Origin: SAR324 cluster bacterium SAR324-CTD7B
GTDB taxonomy: Bacteria; SAR324; NAC60-12
Length of the DNA: 64,000 bases
Direction: 5' to 3'
NCBI GenBank assembly: GCA_002082305.1
Contig: LSNO01000081.1
Location: forward strand, 2,041 to 66,040
This document shows positions 40,942 to 51,591 of the stretch, piece by piece. Position 1 is the first letter of the stretch; each line of letters begins with the position of its first letter. A program made the translations under genes and the position numbers. The notes under the pieces are model-generated. The model worked only from the letters and a program-made list of their open reading frames with translations, did no database searches and was not told the origin of the DNA.

Positions 40942-41111
40942 ACGAGTTGAGCAACTATGAATTATTTCTACAAAGTCAAAAAACACCTCTAAAGATTATT
41001 TTTCGACAGATCGGCGAGGAGTGTTTTAAGTATTAGGACTGCACATTTCCTGTGAAATACAGCCGTCATTAAATATAAATTACTTTTTACAAATATAGTT
41101 TCAGCTGGAGA

Positions 41112-41405
41112 TTATGCAGCAGGAAGTTTAATTTCCGGGTCATCTGGATGAGGACTAAAAAGAACAAGTGTTTTTCCAATAACCTGCACAACTTCAAGAC
41201 CCTTAATTCTGCCCACCGCATTGGCACATTCTTTTTTTGATAAAGAGCAACTGTCAAGAACTTTTAGTTTAATCAATTCATGGTCCAGCAGCAGGGTTTC
41301 AATTTCTCGCTTGTTTTCAGGTGAAAGTCCATGCTTGCCAAGATTCACTAACGGTTTTAACGGATGGGCCAATGCACGTAAATATCTTTTTTGTTTTCCT
41401 GTCAT
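41112..41405 (-). CDS. yhbY: YhbY/CRS1-family RNA-binding protein (ribosome assembly)
   Basis: 97 aa with LTGKQKRYLRALAHPLKPLVNLGKHGL, the CRM domain signature. Confidence 0.8.
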   Translation of the reverse strand: MTGKQKRYLRALAHPLKPLVNLGKHGLSPENKREIETLLLDHELIKLKVLDSCSLSKKECANAVGRIKGLEVVQVIGKTLVLFSPHPDDPEIKLPAA

Positions 41406-41407
41406 GT

Positions 41408-41701
41408 TTAATTTTCCTGATCTATCACCCTCGGTACTTTGAAAAATCCATCTTCAAGATACGGACTAAACTGTTCAGGAGAAACTGGTGACTTTACCAT
41501 TTTATCTTTCCGGCTGTCTCCTATATGGCTTTCATCTACATTGGTAACAACGTCCGGAATTTCGGCAGTTTTCAACAATTCAAAGTATTCCATAATCCCA
41601 GAAAACTGTTCTGCAAAAACTTCCGTTTCTTTTTCTGTTAATTCCAAAGAAGAAAGTCGGGCAATCTTTTGTACTTCTTCCGGGCTGAATTTAGTTGTCA
41701 T
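41408..41701 (-). CDS. gatC: Asp/Glu-tRNA amidotransferase subunit C
   Basis: 97 aa opening EEVQKIARLSSLELTEKETEVFAEQFSGIMEYFELL. Confidence 0.85.
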   Translation of the reverse strand: MTTKFSPEEVQKIARLSSLELTEKETEVFAEQFSGIMEYFELLKTAEIPDVVTNVDESHIGDSRKDKMVKSPVSPEQFSPYLEDGFFKVPRVIDQEN

Positions 41702-42135
41702 GTTGGTTGCATCATTAATTTAATTTCTGCCTGTGCCGCCAATTTGCCATCGACACTTGCTTTGCCTTCAAAGACCCAAAAGTTTCGACGCTGATTGCTC
41801 AAAGTTGTTTCCAATATCAACTGATCACCAGGAACAACAGGAACCCGAAATTTGGCATTATTTATTCCTGCAAAAAAAACAATTGCACCAGCTTCAGTCT
41901 CTCCCTTTCCGGAATTGATTACAAGTCCGGCTGTTTGTGCCAAAGCTTCGATGATCATCACACCGGGCAGCACTGCCTGTTGGGGGAAATGCCCCAGAAA
42001 AATTTCTTCGTTTCCGGAAACATTTTTCAGCGCTTTACAGTATTCTCCATCACGAACTTCCAGCACCCGGTCTACCAGTAAAAAAGGGTAGCGGTGCGGC
42101 AGAATATTCTTGATTTCCTCCAAATTCATCATCAA
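41698..42135 (-). CDS. fabZ: 3-hydroxyacyl-ACP dehydratase FabZ
   Basis: Opens ILPHRYPFLLVDRVLE and contains the hotdog-fold motif GHFP. Confidence 0.9.
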   Translation of the reverse strand: MMMNLEEIKNILPHRYPFLLVDRVLEVRDGEYCKALKNVSGNEEIFLGHFPQQAVLPGVMIIEALAQTAGLVINSGKGETEAGAIVFFAGINNAKFRVPVVPGDQLILETTLSNQRRNFWVFEGKASVDGKLAAQAEIKLMMQPT

Positions 42136-42656
42136 CTTCCTCCATCTTGTTTTAGTTCATTGTATGCATCAATCACTTTTTGAGTAAGATCAGTTGTGTC
42201 TTCCTTCATATACAAAATTACCTGTGCAGCATTTTTTTCAAGAACCAAATCAAGTTTCTCTTTGATGGAAATACTGCGGATCACAGTTTTGAGTTCTTTG
42301 AAAATAACTTCCGTTAAGCGTCGTTCTTCCAGCCTCATTTCCTGTTCAATGGAGCGAACTTTTTCACGCAGTTGCTGCTGTCGTGCAATCAATTCCTGTT
42401 CTTTATTTGCCTTGGCTTTGGGAGTCAACAACGGATTGTTCCGCAGGTCCTCAGCAAGTTTTCGGAGTTCTGACTCTTCAAGTTTAAATTCCTGCTGCTT
42501 TTGACGTCCTCGACGCTCCAGTATATTTTTGGAACGAATTCCAGGTTCAGACTGGTTAAGAGCTTGGTTCAGGTCAACAACTCCAATCTCAAAGGCAGAG
42601 GCTTGAGTGAACATGGAAAAAGAAGCAAGAGCAAAAATAGCAAATAAATATTTCAT
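42132..42656 (-). CDS. skp: OmpH/Skp-family periplasmic chaperone
   Basis: Signal peptide (MKYLFAIFALASFSMFTQASA) followed by coiled-coil, K/E/R-rich helices typical of Skp. Start taken at MKYLF. Confidence 0.75.
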   Translation of the reverse strand: MKYLFAIFALASFSMFTQASAFEIGVVDLNQALNQSEPGIRSKNILERRGRQKQQEFKLEESELRKLAEDLRNNPLLTPKAKANKEQELIARQQQLREKVRSIEQEMRLEERRLTEVIFKELKTVIRSISIKEKLDLVLEKNAAQVILYMKEDTTDLTQKVIDAYNELKQDGGS

Positions 42657-42718
42657 GACTTTGTTTTTACTAGTGATTATCTTTCCAGCAGAAGAAGTAA
42701 AACTCCAATTAAGCAGTT

Positions 42719-44629
42719 CTACGTCATGTACCATAGAATCAGGAAAGTTCCAAGGGTGAAAATGAGGGCATAATTCTGTATCAATCCATTCTGGAGGGGG
42801 CGAATAGTGTTGCCAACCGAACGTGCAACTGCACCGGTTGTGTTGACAGCCCGGTCAATCACGTTTTGATCAAACAGGCCCCAAAGTAAGTGGGTCGATA
42901 GTAAACGTCCCGGCTGAATGATTAACGAATTATACAATTCATCGACATACCATTTATTAAGAGAAAGTTGATATGCCCATTCCCATTTGCTTCTCAATCC
43001 GGAAGCAATTTCAAATCCTGAATGATACAAACGACTTGCCATAAACCAGGCAAAAAGAGCAAATACTACAGACAGAATCATCAGCGTCCACTCAGTCGAA
43101 ACATTTCCATGACCTGCTGGAATTTCTGCAAAGAAATCATGAAAGTAAACTTCTATTCCATTGGGAATAACATGAAACACATGTGGAACCCCAAAAAAAC
43201 CACCTATAACGGCAAGTGCCGCTAAAATCATCAGTGGTAAGGTCATTGATAAAGGAGACTCCCGTACATGTTCAGTAACGTGTGAATCAACCCTTGAATC
43301 CCCGTGAAATGTCAAATAGATCATCCTAAACATATAAAATGCGGTCATGCCGGCAGTCAAAAATCCAATACCCCAAAGCCACGGGCTTCCAAATGGAGAA
43401 CTGAAGGCTTTCCAGAGAATTTCGTCTTTGCTGAAAAAACCGGAGAAAAACGGGATCCCTGAAATAGCCAGTGTACCCAACAACATGGTTACATAAGTGA
43501 TCGGCAACTTGTTTTTCAGTGCACCCATTTTCCGCATATCCTGCTCATGGTGAATTGCCAGAATGACGGAACCGGAACCCAAAAAAAGTAGTGCCTTAAA
43601 AAAAGCGTGTGTCATTACGTGGAAAACTCCTGCGCCAAAAGCTCCGACTCCCATTGCCAGAAACATGTAACCCAACTGACTGACCGTTGAATAAGCCAGG
43701 ACCCGTTTGATATCAGTTTGCGTAATGGCGATGGTTGCCGCCAAAATGGCAGTGGTTGCCCCAACGACAGCAATGACGTTCATTGTAAAAGGAGCCAGTA
43801 CAAACAAGTGACTTAAGCGGGCAACCATGTACAGGCCGGCAGTTACCATAGTTGCCGCATGGATCAACGCAGAAACCGGAGTAGGCCCTTCCATGGCGTC
43901 TGGAAGCCAGACGAAAAGAGGGATTTGCGCTGATTTTCCGGTTGCTCCAAGAAAGAGCAGCAAAGTAATTGCCGTGACCAATGTTCCACCTTCAGTGAGG
44001 CGGGTGGAAGCTTCTGCATTGACTGTGGCAAATTCGATGGAACCAAATGACAGGAAAATCAACATTACTGCTGACAACACGCCAAAATCACCGACTCGAT
44101 TGAAAAGGAAAGCTTTTTTGGCAGCTTCGGCGGCAGAATCTTTTTCGAAATAATAACCTATCAACAAATAGGAACAAAGACCAACTCCTTCCCAGCCCAC
44201 GAACATCAGCAAAAAGTTGTCACCGAGAACCAGCAGCAGCATGAAAAACACAAATAAATTCAGGTAGGCAAAAAAGCGGTAGTAGCCGGACTCTCCTTTC
44301 ATGTATCCCACAGAATATACATGAATCAAAAAACCGACTCCGGTGATTATGAGTAAATACAGTCCTGAAAGTTGATCGACTGTAAAATTTATCCCTGCTT
44401 CAAAATTTCCTGAGGCAATCCAGGTATAAAGGTGTTCATTGAGAACATTCCCCTCTGCCTCAAGCATCTGAAAAAACAGAACTAGCGACTGGGCAAATGC
44501 CATTCCGACTGCCAGTGGACCGACAAAGGTAACAAAACGTGTACCAAAACGTTTCCCCAAAAAACCGTTTAGGATAAATCCCAGCAGGGGGAATGCCGGT
44601 ACAAGCCAAATTTGTGACATAGCTACCAC
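42719..44629 (-). CDS. nuoL: NADH-quinone oxidoreductase subunit L
   Basis: 636-aa antiporter-like subunit carrying the ND5/NuoL motifs. Confidence 0.9.
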   Translation of the reverse strand: MVAMSQIWLVPAFPLLGFILNGFLGKRFGTRFVTFVGPLAVGMAFAQSLVLFFQMLEAEGNVLNEHLYTWIASGNFEAGINFTVDQLSGLYLLIITGVGFLIHVYSVGYMKGESGYYRFFAYLNLFVFFMLLLVLGDNFLLMFVGWEGVGLCSYLLIGYYFEKDSAAEAAKKAFLFNRVGDFGVLSAVMLIFLSFGSIEFATVNAEASTRLTEGGTLVTAITLLLFLGATGKSAQIPLFVWLPDAMEGPTPVSALIHAATMVTAGLYMVARLSHLFVLAPFTMNVIAVVGATTAILAATIAITQTDIKRVLAYSTVSQLGYMFLAMGVGAFGAGVFHVMTHAFFKALLFLGSGSVILAIHHEQDMRKMGALKNKLPITYVTMLLGTLAISGIPFFSGFFSKDEILWKAFSSPFGSPWLWGIGFLTAGMTAFYMFRMIYLTFHGDSRVDSHVTEHVRESPLSMTLPLMILAALAVIGGFFGVPHVFHVIPNGIEVYFHDFFAEIPAGHGNVSTEWTLMILSVVFALFAWFMASRLYHSGFEIASGLRSKWEWAYQLSLNKWYVDELYNSLIIQPGRLLSTHLLWGLFDQNVIDRAVNTTGAVARSVGNTIRPLQNGLIQNYALIFTLGTFLILWYMT

Positions 44630-44925
44630 TTTAATAAATTAAACTCATCAATATTCAGAGTTTTTCGTGTTCGAAATATTGAAAGAATTATCGATAAGCC
44701 GACCACCGCTTCTGCAGCGGCAACCACAATGATAAAAAAGATAAAGACAACACCGGTCATTGAGTCCAAGCTCCTGGCGAAAGTCACAAATGACAAGTTG
44801 ACTGCGTTGAGCATCAGTTCAATGCTCATAAATATCACAATGACGTTGCGGCGCAGCATCACACCCAGTACCCCAATTATAAAAAGGAGTGCACTCAACA
44901 ATAAAATATGTTCAATGGGAATCAT
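44623..44925 (-). CDS. nuoK: NADH-quinone oxidoreductase subunit K
   Basis: 100-aa three-TM protein containing [11 protein letters not shown], the NuoK motif. Confidence 0.9.
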   Translation of the reverse strand: MIPIEHILLLSALLFIIGVLGVMLRRNVIVIFMSIELMLNAVNLSFVTFARSLDSMTGVVFIFFIIVVAAAEAVVGLSIILSIFRTRKTLNIDEFNLLKW

Positions 44926-44933
44926 AAAAAGAC

Positions 44934-45446
44934 TTACTGAAAACGTCGTTTTGCAATCACAACCGCCCCAATTACCGCAACTAGCAGGAGAATAGCTATT
45001 ATTTCAAATGACAAAATATAATCTGTAAAAAGCAGGCGTCCAATTAGAGTAATCGAACCAACTTCTTCTACAACCTCAAGCGGATATTCCCCCTTCGATC
45101 CAAGCTGTAATTCGTTTGCTGTGAATAGACCGGCAATTTGAATAAAAATTCCCAATGAGAGAAGCCCAGCCAAAATTTTTCCCACGGACCATTTGTTGAC
45201 ATACTGTTCAGAGTCCTTTGAGGAAAGCAGCATCAACACAAAGAGGAAAAGAACCATGATTGCGCCAGCATAAACCAAAACCTGAATGACTGCTACAAAC
45301 TCTGCGTTGAGCATTACATAGATAGCTCCTAAACAAAAAAACGTGCCCACCAAAGACAGCGCACAGTGTATTGGATTCCGTAAAAAAAGGACACCCAGCG
45401 CACCCAGCACGCTCAGTACAGCAAAAATGTAAAAAATTGTTAACAT
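44934..45446 (-). CDS. nuoJ: NADH-quinone oxidoreductase subunit J
   Basis: 170-aa membrane protein with the ND6-like pattern. Confidence 0.8.
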   Translation of the reverse strand: MLTIFYIFAVLSVLGALGVLFLRNPIHCALSLVGTFFCLGAIYVMLNAEFVAVIQVLVYAGAIMVLFLFVLMLLSSKDSEQYVNKWSVGKILAGLLSLGIFIQIAGLFTANELQLGSKGEYPLEVVEEVGSITLIGRLLFTDYILSFEIIAILLLVAVIGAVVIAKRRFQ

Positions 45447-45481
45447 AGTTTTTAAATTACGGCATGAATAATGGTGGACTA

Positions 45482-47119
45482 TTAAATAGCTGTCATTTCC
45501 GGTACAACTTTTTTACCAGGGTCTTTTGTATTTTTCGTCAGTTCAATTCCAAAGCTTCCAATTTTATCAAAACTAATTCCGGTAAATGCCTTTGCCTCCT
45601 GAACCATTGCGTTAAAAACTTGTGGAATACTTTCGAAACTACTTTTGTGCCCCAGAGCCTGCGATAATTCTGAAATAATCTGCCACTCCGGGCGAGTCCT
45701 GCGTAAAGCCTTGACGGCAATTTCAGTCGACTGAACACGCTGATTTTTGTTGGTATAGGTTCCTTCTTTTTCTGAATAAAACTGTCCGGGAAGTACAACG
45801 TCAGCCATTTCACTCCAGGAATTGTGGAAAACTCCAATATGAATTACCAGCTGTGTTCGCTTTATTATTTCCTTAAACTCCAATTCGTTTTCAAATGGGT
45901 TGCCCAGTACGAAGACTACTTTCAATTCACCTTCGATCACTTTTTTAAGTTTTTTGTTCTTCTGGTCTCCCTTGATATGAAGCGCCAGGGCTCCAGCCCG
46001 GTTGGGAGTTTTGTCTGTAGTGATGAGGGTGTTGATGAAAAAATCACTTTCACTTTGTTCCCATGTCGGAAAGGGACAAAAGATGTTTTCAGAAGAGAAT
46101 CCTTCTTTCAGAAGTTTTTGAATTAAAAATAATTCTTCGTTGCTCGCATGAGTGTCGGTAAGTGCAAGAACCTCCTGGGGAAGCGGCTTCAGCTCTCTGA
46201 TTCGTTCCGCAATTGCACCGTATGCTTTTTCCCATGAAATACCTTCGAGATTCTCTCCAATTAGTCCCAAAGGCTGATTTATTCTGGATTTTTTTTCATT
46301 CATTTTTCTGTAAGTCAAACGACCTTCATCACACAACCACCATTTATTGACATTTTGGTTTTCGTGAGGTTTGAGTCGAAACACTTCGTTACGGTCATGT
46401 TCTATCGTAACATTGCAGCCCGTAGAGCAGCCGGTACAAATGGAATGATTTTTTTTCAGTTTCCAAACGCGACGCTTGAAGCGGAACTCCTTTTCCGTGA
46501 TGGCGCCGACCGGACAAATGTCCGCCATGTTTCCCTGAAATTTATTCGTCATCGGTCTGTCTGTATAGGTATCCACGGCCAATTCATGTCCACGGTTAAA
46601 CATGCCGAATTCGTTGGTACCGGTGATTTCCCTGGTAAATCTGTCACAGCGAGAACATTGTATGCAACGGTTACGTTCAAGGGCTACAAAAGTACCAATG
46701 TCGCGCCAACCGTTAACCCGTTTTGAATAATCCATTTCCGATTTACCGGAACCATATTTAAAGGAATAATCCTGCAGTGTACATTCTCCGGACTGATCAC
46801 AGATCGGACAATCGAGAGGGTGATTAATCAACAGAAACTCGTTAACAAGTTTCCGACCCTCTTCAACTTTTTGATTGAAAGTTTCGATCTTCATGCCTGC
46901 AGTTGCATCGACAGAACAAGCGGTTTGGAGTTTTGGTGCAGGTCTGCCATTACCAAGATCGATCACATCCACTAGACACATTCGGCAGGTGGCGACTATA
47001 GACATTCCGGGATGGTAGCAATAATGAGGAATTATTTTTCCGCAACGTAAAGCGGCAGAAAGGACTTTTTCGCCCGGCTCATATTCAACCGGCTCACCAT
47101 CAATTTGAAATACAGGCAT
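45482..47119 (-). CDS. nuoG: NADH-quinone oxidoreductase subunit G (75 kDa, short form)
   Basis: N-terminal 2Fe-2S and 4Fe-4S cysteine clusters (CYHPGMSIVATCRMC, CPICDQSGEC). Start taken at MPVFQIDG (47119), just after the nuoF stop. Confidence 0.85.
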   Translation of the reverse strand: MPVFQIDGEPVEYEPGEKVLSAALRCGKIIPHYCYHPGMSIVATCRMCLVDVIDLGNGRPAPKLQTACSVDATAGMKIETFNQKVEEGRKLVNEFLLINHPLDCPICDQSGECTLQDYSFKYGSGKSEMDYSKRVNGWRDIGTFVALERNRCIQCSRCDRFTREITGTNEFGMFNRGHELAVDTYTDRPMTNKFQGNMADICPVGAITEKEFRFKRRVWKLKKNHSICTGCSTGCNVTIEHDRNEVFRLKPHENQNVNKWWLCDEGRLTYRKMNEKKSRINQPLGLIGENLEGISWEKAYGAIAERIRELKPLPQEVLALTDTHASNEELFLIQKLLKEGFSSENIFCPFPTWEQSESDFFINTLITTDKTPNRAGALALHIKGDQKNKKLKKVIEGELKVVFVLGNPFENELEFKEIIKRTQLVIHIGVFHNSWSEMADVVLPGQFYSEKEGTYTNKNQRVQSTEIAVKALRRTRPEWQIISELSQALGHKSSFESIPQVFNAMVQEAKAFTGISFDKIGSFGIELTKNTKDPGKKVVPEMTAI

Positions 47120-47130
47120 GGAAAACTCGT

Positions 47131-48390
47131 TTAAGTAGTGGCATAATAATTCCGGAACTCCTCCGGAAATTTGTTTACAATACTTTGAATCGGCAACGCG
47201 GCGGCATCCCCCAAAGCACAAAGAGTGGTCCCCAACATGTTTCCGCCGACTCGGTCAAGACGCTTCAATTTTTCTTCACTTCCGTTTCCATTGAGAAAAT
47301 CCCGGACAATTTGACGAGACCAGTGAGTTCCTTCGCGGCAGGGCGTACACTGTCCGCAGGATTCATGGGCGTAAAAACGGGTAATGCGGTGGAGTAATTT
47401 CACTACATCGGTGTCTTCATCAAAGACCATCATTGCCGCAGACCCCATCATGGTCCCTATTTTTGCCAAATCATCAAAGTTATAAAGCACATCAATTTCA
47501 TCGGCTTTCATGACAGGTGAAGAGGAGCCTCCGGGAATTACACCTTTAAGCTTCTTTCCATTCCGGATGCCTCCGCCGATTTCGTAAATAATGTCTTTCA
47601 TACTGACATCCATCCGCAACTCATAAACTCCCGGACTATTTACATGACCACTCAAGCTCACTAAATGCGTCCCTGAATTATTTTGTGGACCAAAACTTTT
47701 GAAAGATTCCACTCCTCCATCGCTAAAAATAAAGGGCAAACAGGCCAATGTTTCAACATTGTTTACACTCGTTGGGCATCCGTTGAAGCCTGAAACTGCA
47801 GGGAAAGGAGGTTTTACTCTGGGCTGTCCGCGTTTGCCTTCCAATGAATCCAGCAGTGCGGTTTCCTCACCGCAAATATAAGCACCTGCGCCGGTGTGGA
47901 TAGTGATATCCAAATTAAAGCCGCTGCCCAGCGGGTCGTGTCCAAGAAGCCCGTCTGCATATAATTCATCAACAGCAGCATTTAAGGTCTTGATGGCTGG
48001 AAAAAATTCACCACGAACATAGACATAAGCATGATGACAACCAACAGCATAACTTCCAATCATCAGGCCTTCCAAAAAAAGGTGAGGATCTTTTAGCATC
48101 AGTTCGCGATCCTTACAAGTCCCCGGTTCAGATTCATCAGCATTGGCAACCAGATAACTGGGTTTACCGGTTCCTTTTGCCATGAAGCTCCATTTCAAAC
48201 CTGTCGGGAATCCAGCTCCGCCCCGTCCGCGTACTCCGGATTCTTTGACTTCCTGCACAACTTCTTCCGGCTTCATGCCAAATACTTTTTTCAAAGATTT
48301 AAACCCACCAGTTTTTTTGTAACCGGCCAGGGATTTATCGTATTTGGGATTTCTGATATTTTTAAAAAGAACAAGGGTTTCTTCTAGCAT
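47131..48390 (-). CDS. nuoF: NADH-quinone oxidoreductase subunit F (51 kDa)
   Basis: NADH/FMN binding motifs (GRGGAGFPTG, GAGAYICGEETAL) and the C-terminal 4Fe-4S motif ESCGQCTPCREG. Confidence 0.9.
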   Translation of the reverse strand: MLEETLVLFKNIRNPKYDKSLAGYKKTGGFKSLKKVFGMKPEEVVQEVKESGVRGRGGAGFPTGLKWSFMAKGTGKPSYLVANADESEPGTCKDRELMLKDPHLFLEGLMIGSYAVGCHHAYVYVRGEFFPAIKTLNAAVDELYADGLLGHDPLGSGFNLDITIHTGAGAYICGEETALLDSLEGKRGQPRVKPPFPAVSGFNGCPTSVNNVETLACLPFIFSDGGVESFKSFGPQNNSGTHLVSLSGHVNSPGVYELRMDVSMKDIIYEIGGGIRNGKKLKGVIPGGSSSPVMKADEIDVLYNFDDLAKIGTMMGSAAMMVFDEDTDVVKLLHRITRFYAHESCGQCTPCREGTHWSRQIVRDFLNGNGSEEKLKRLDRVGGNMLGTTLCALGDAAALPIQSIVNKFPEEFRNYYATT

Positions 48391-48392
48391 TT

Positions 48393-48920
48393 TTACTGTT
48401 TCAGTTGATCAATCAATTTGTTCATTTTGTCCGGAGTTACCTGCTCATGATAGTCCTCATTTACAATGATCGCAGGTGCAAAACTGCACGCTCCAATACA
48501 CTCCATTTCTTCAATGCTGAATTCACCATCAGCTGTCGTATGTCCTGCGTGAATGTTTAGTTTTTTTTCTGTGTGTTCCAACAACTCTGTTCCTCCAACG
48601 AGGCAACATGGTACGCAAGTACAAACCTGCAAATGGAATTTCCCGGGACGTTTCAAACGAAACATAGTGTAAAAGGTAACCACGCCTTCAACATGAGTAA
48701 GCGGCACTTCGCAAATGTCTGCCACGTGCTGCATCCACTCTTCCGTCAACCAACCATCATTTTCATTCTGAGCCAGAAGTAAAATTGGAATCAGTGCATT
48801 TTGCTTGATGGGATAACGACTCAGAAGATTGTCAACTTTAGTCTGAATGTCCTTGGAGAACAAATTAAAACCTCTTTTTTCGATGCATTGTAGAAATAAT
48901 ACGAGTCTTAGTTCTATCAA
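48393..48920 (-). CDS. nuoE: NADH-quinone oxidoreductase subunit E (24 kDa)
   Basis: Thioredoxin-like 2Fe-2S protein with CTCVPC...CIGACSFAP cysteines. Confidence 0.85.
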   Translation of the reverse strand: MIELRLVLFLQCIEKRGFNLFSKDIQTKVDNLLSRYPIKQNALIPILLLAQNENDGWLTEEWMQHVADICEVPLTHVEGVVTFYTMFRLKRPGKFHLQVCTCVPCCLVGGTELLEHTEKKLNIHAGHTTADGEFSIEEMECIGACSFAPAIIVNEDYHEQVTPDKMNKLIDQLKQ

Positions 48921-49101
48921 ATACTACCAAAAAATCAATAAAATTCGTTTATCAAAGGTGTTTTTTATATTAAATGTTTTGTGCTTCCTGTGTGTATCAT
49001 TAATTTTTTATTATTAAAACCAACTATTATTTGTATTATATTCTTAATGTTGACTTTTTATTTATAGTCGAATGCCATTTAATCACTTTTTATCGTCATA
49101 A

Positions 49102-49131
49102 TTGACAACTGTTTTTATTCAAAGGTATTAT
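49102..49131 (+). promoter_or_regulatory. Candidate sigma-70 promoter for ilvB (TTGACA-N18-TATTAT)
   Basis: Sequence TTGACAACTGTTTTTATTCAAAGGTATTAT about 100 nt upstream of the ilvB ATG, inside an AT-rich divergent intergenic region. Confidence 0.35.
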
Positions 49132-49230
49132 TATTTAATATTTTTTCACAATGTTTGCGTTTTTACTTGAGGCGGCAATAAAATAGTGGTATATTTTAGG
49201 TTAAACTATACATTTGTCTAAACTAAGAAC

Positions 49231-50952
49231 ATGAAAAAACGCTTGAACGGTTCTCAAATTTTAGTTGAAGTCCTGAAGAAACAAGGAGTTGAGTATATTT
49301 TCGGATATCCCGGTGGTGCTTGTATGCCGATTTTTGATGCACTTGTAGATGCTCCGGAAATAAAAATAATTTTAGTACGTCACGAACAAGGGGCAACACA
49401 CATGGCGGACGGTTACGCGAAAGCTACTGGAAAAACCGGAGTGGTTTTGGTGACTTCCGGACCCGGGGCGACTAACACCGTCACTGGTATACTCACTGCT
49501 CATATGGATTCAGTACCTCTTGTGGTTCTAACAGGACAAACCATCACGCCCAATTTGGGTAAAGATGCTTTTCAGGAGGCCGATGTGTTTGGTGTAACAA
49601 TGCCTGTAGTCAAACACAGTTATCTGGTCAGGGATGTAAAAGACTTGTCAAGAATTGTTAAAGAAGCATTCCATCTTGCCTCAACAGGTCGTCCCGGGCC
49701 CGTTTTGGTAGACTTACCCAAAGATGTGGTTTCTGAAGAATGGGCAGAAGATTTTTCCGCAAAGATGGATCTGCCGGGCTATTCAGTACCTAAAAGTGGG
49801 AACTCCAACAGCATTAAAAAAATCTCTGAGTTGCTGGCAAAATCAAAACGCCCGTTGCTTTATGTTGGGGCTGGTGCAGTAATTTCCTCAGCAGGAAAAC
49901 AAGTAAAAAAACTGGCAGAAAAACTTCGGGCTCCTGTTACCACAACTCTGCTTGGAAAAGGGAGTATTTCTGAAATGCACCAGCTTTCAGTTGGAATGCT
50001 GGGTATGCACGGAACAGCTTATGCCAACAAGGCAGTTATCGAGTGTGATCTGATTATGGCAATCGGCGCACGCTGGGATGATCGCATTACGGGCAAAGTT
50101 AGTGAATTTTGTCCAAACGCCACAAAAATACATATAGACATCGATCCTGCTGAATTTGGAAAAATCATTCAACCGGACATCAGCGTAAATGGAGATGCAG
50201 CTTTGGTCCTGGATGAATTGATTCCTCTGGTAAAGCCGCTTGACACCAAAGAGTGGCTGAAGAAAATTGAGAACTGGAAAAAGAAACACCCCTTAAAATA
50301 TCCAAAGCGTGGAGGTTTGCGCGCACAACATGTTTTAGCTGAACTGGACCGTTTAACCGGATCCAATGCTATTATTGCTACGGATGTCGGCCAACACCAG
50401 ATGTGGGCGGCCCAATTCTGCAAATCCCTCCGCGAACGCCAATGGCTGTCCAGCGGAGGAGCTGGAACCATGGGATACGGATTCCCCGCAGCTATTGGAG
50501 CGCAACTTGGAAACCCAGAAGATCTTGTAGTTGCTGTTGTGGGTGACGGCGGTTTCCAAATGACTATGTCGGAGCTGGCAACGGCTGCAATTAACAAGTT
50601 GCCGCTCAAAATTTTGATTATCAACAACAGCTATCTGGGCATGGTTCGGCAATGGCAACAGCTGTTTTTTGATAACCGTGAAAGCGGAGTAGACATGGAA
50701 GGTAATCCGGATTTTGTCAAAATTGGTGAAGCATACGGAATCAAGGGTTTTCATCTTAGGCGTGCAGGTGATGTGACAAAAGTGTTAAAAAAAGCTCTAG
50801 CCTATAACGATGGTCCCTGTATTATTGAAGCAGAAGTGGTCAAAGCTGATAATGTTTTTCCGATGATTCCTGCAGGAGCCGCTGTCAGCGATATGTTAAT
50901 TGATGAACCTCCGGCAAGCAAGAAACTTAAAAAGCCCGTTGGCAGTACTTGA
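49231..50952 (+). CDS. ilvB: Acetolactate synthase large subunit
   Basis: ThDP enzyme with a GYPGGA N-terminal motif and a GDGGFQM ThDP-binding motif. Confidence 0.9.
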   Translation: MKKRLNGSQILVEVLKKQGVEYIFGYPGGACMPIFDALVDAPEIKIILVRHEQGATHMADGYAKATGKTGVVLVTSGPGATNTVTGILTAHMDSVPLVVLTGQTITPNLGKDAFQEADVFGVTMPVVKHSYLVRDVKDLSRIVKEAFHLASTGRPGPVLVDLPKDVVSEEWAEDFSAKMDLPGYSVPKSGNSNSIKKISELLAKSKRPLLYVGAGAVISSAGKQVKKLAEKLRAPVTTTLLGKGSISEMHQLSVGMLGMHGTAYANKAVIECDLIMAIGARWDDRITGKVSEFCPNATKIHIDIDPAEFGKIIQPDISVNGDAALVLDELIPLVKPLDTKEWLKKIENWKKKHPLKYPKRGGLRAQHVLAELDRLTGSNAIIATDVGQHQMWAAQFCKSLRERQWLSSGGAGTMGYGFPAAIGAQLGNPEDLVVAVVGDGGFQMTMSELATAAINKLPLKILIINNSYLGMVRQWQQLFFDNRESGVDMEGNPDFVKIGEAYGIKGFHLRRAGDVTKVLKKALAYNDGPCIIEAEVVKADNVFPMIPAGAAVSDMLIDEPPASKKLKKPVGST

Positions 50953-51058
50953 TCTCTGAAATAGGTGAAAAATCAGCTTTCATTACCGTTTAATTTTTAT
51001 ACTTTATAATCGATGCCCTGCTGAATAGTCGATCATAATTAATCACAATCAGGCTTTT

Positions 51059-51550
51059 ATGGAAGAAAAATTTGCAATCAGTATTTATGTTTGTAACAAG
51101 CCCGGAGTTCTTGTCAGGCTTGCTCAAACATTTGCGCGTCGTGGTTACAACGTGGACTCACTGGTCGTTTCACCGGCACACAACACCAACTTTTCAAGAA
51201 TTACAGTAGTAGTACAAGGTGTACCAAGCTCATACGACCAAATACTGCGGCAACTGAATAAATTAGTTGATGTTGTTCACGCCGCCAGTCACCCTTCTAC
51301 GGATATTGTGGATCGGGAGATGGCATTATTTAAAGTAAGGGCAAAGCCTGATCAGCGTGCAGAAATTTTCCAGATTGTAGAGGTGTTTCGTGCAAAAACA
51401 GTAGACATTACGGATCAGTCTCTTGTGATTGAAACGACCGGCGATTCCTTAAAAATCGATGCCCTTGAAAAACTACTGGAGCCAATGGGGCTTGTGGAAA
51501 TGGTGCGTTCCGGGAAGTTGATAATGAAGAGGGGACTTGAGGAAACCTGA
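51059..51550 (+). CDS. ilvN: Acetolactate synthase small (regulatory) subunit
   Basis: ACT domain (ISIYVCNKPGVLVRLAQTFARRGYNVDSL) directly after ilvB. Confidence 0.85.
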   Translation: MEEKFAISIYVCNKPGVLVRLAQTFARRGYNVDSLVVSPAHNTNFSRITVVVQGVPSSYDQILRQLNKLVDVVHAASHPSTDIVDREMALFKVRAKPDQRAEIFQIVEVFRAKTVDITDQSLVIETTGDSLKIDALEKLLEPMGLVEMVRSGKLIMKRGLEET

Positions 51551-51591
51551 GAACCACTCTGCCCTTTCCAGTACATATATTTGGTGAAGTT

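Noticed and set aside
45482-47221. Long N-terminal extension of nuoG (MCFGGCRRVADSKYCK..., start at 47221) overlapping nuoF by 90 nt
   Set aside because: The conserved NuoG N-terminus begins at MPVFQIDG (start 47119), immediately after the nuoF stop. The upstream extension is most likely an artefact of the first in-frame ATG.
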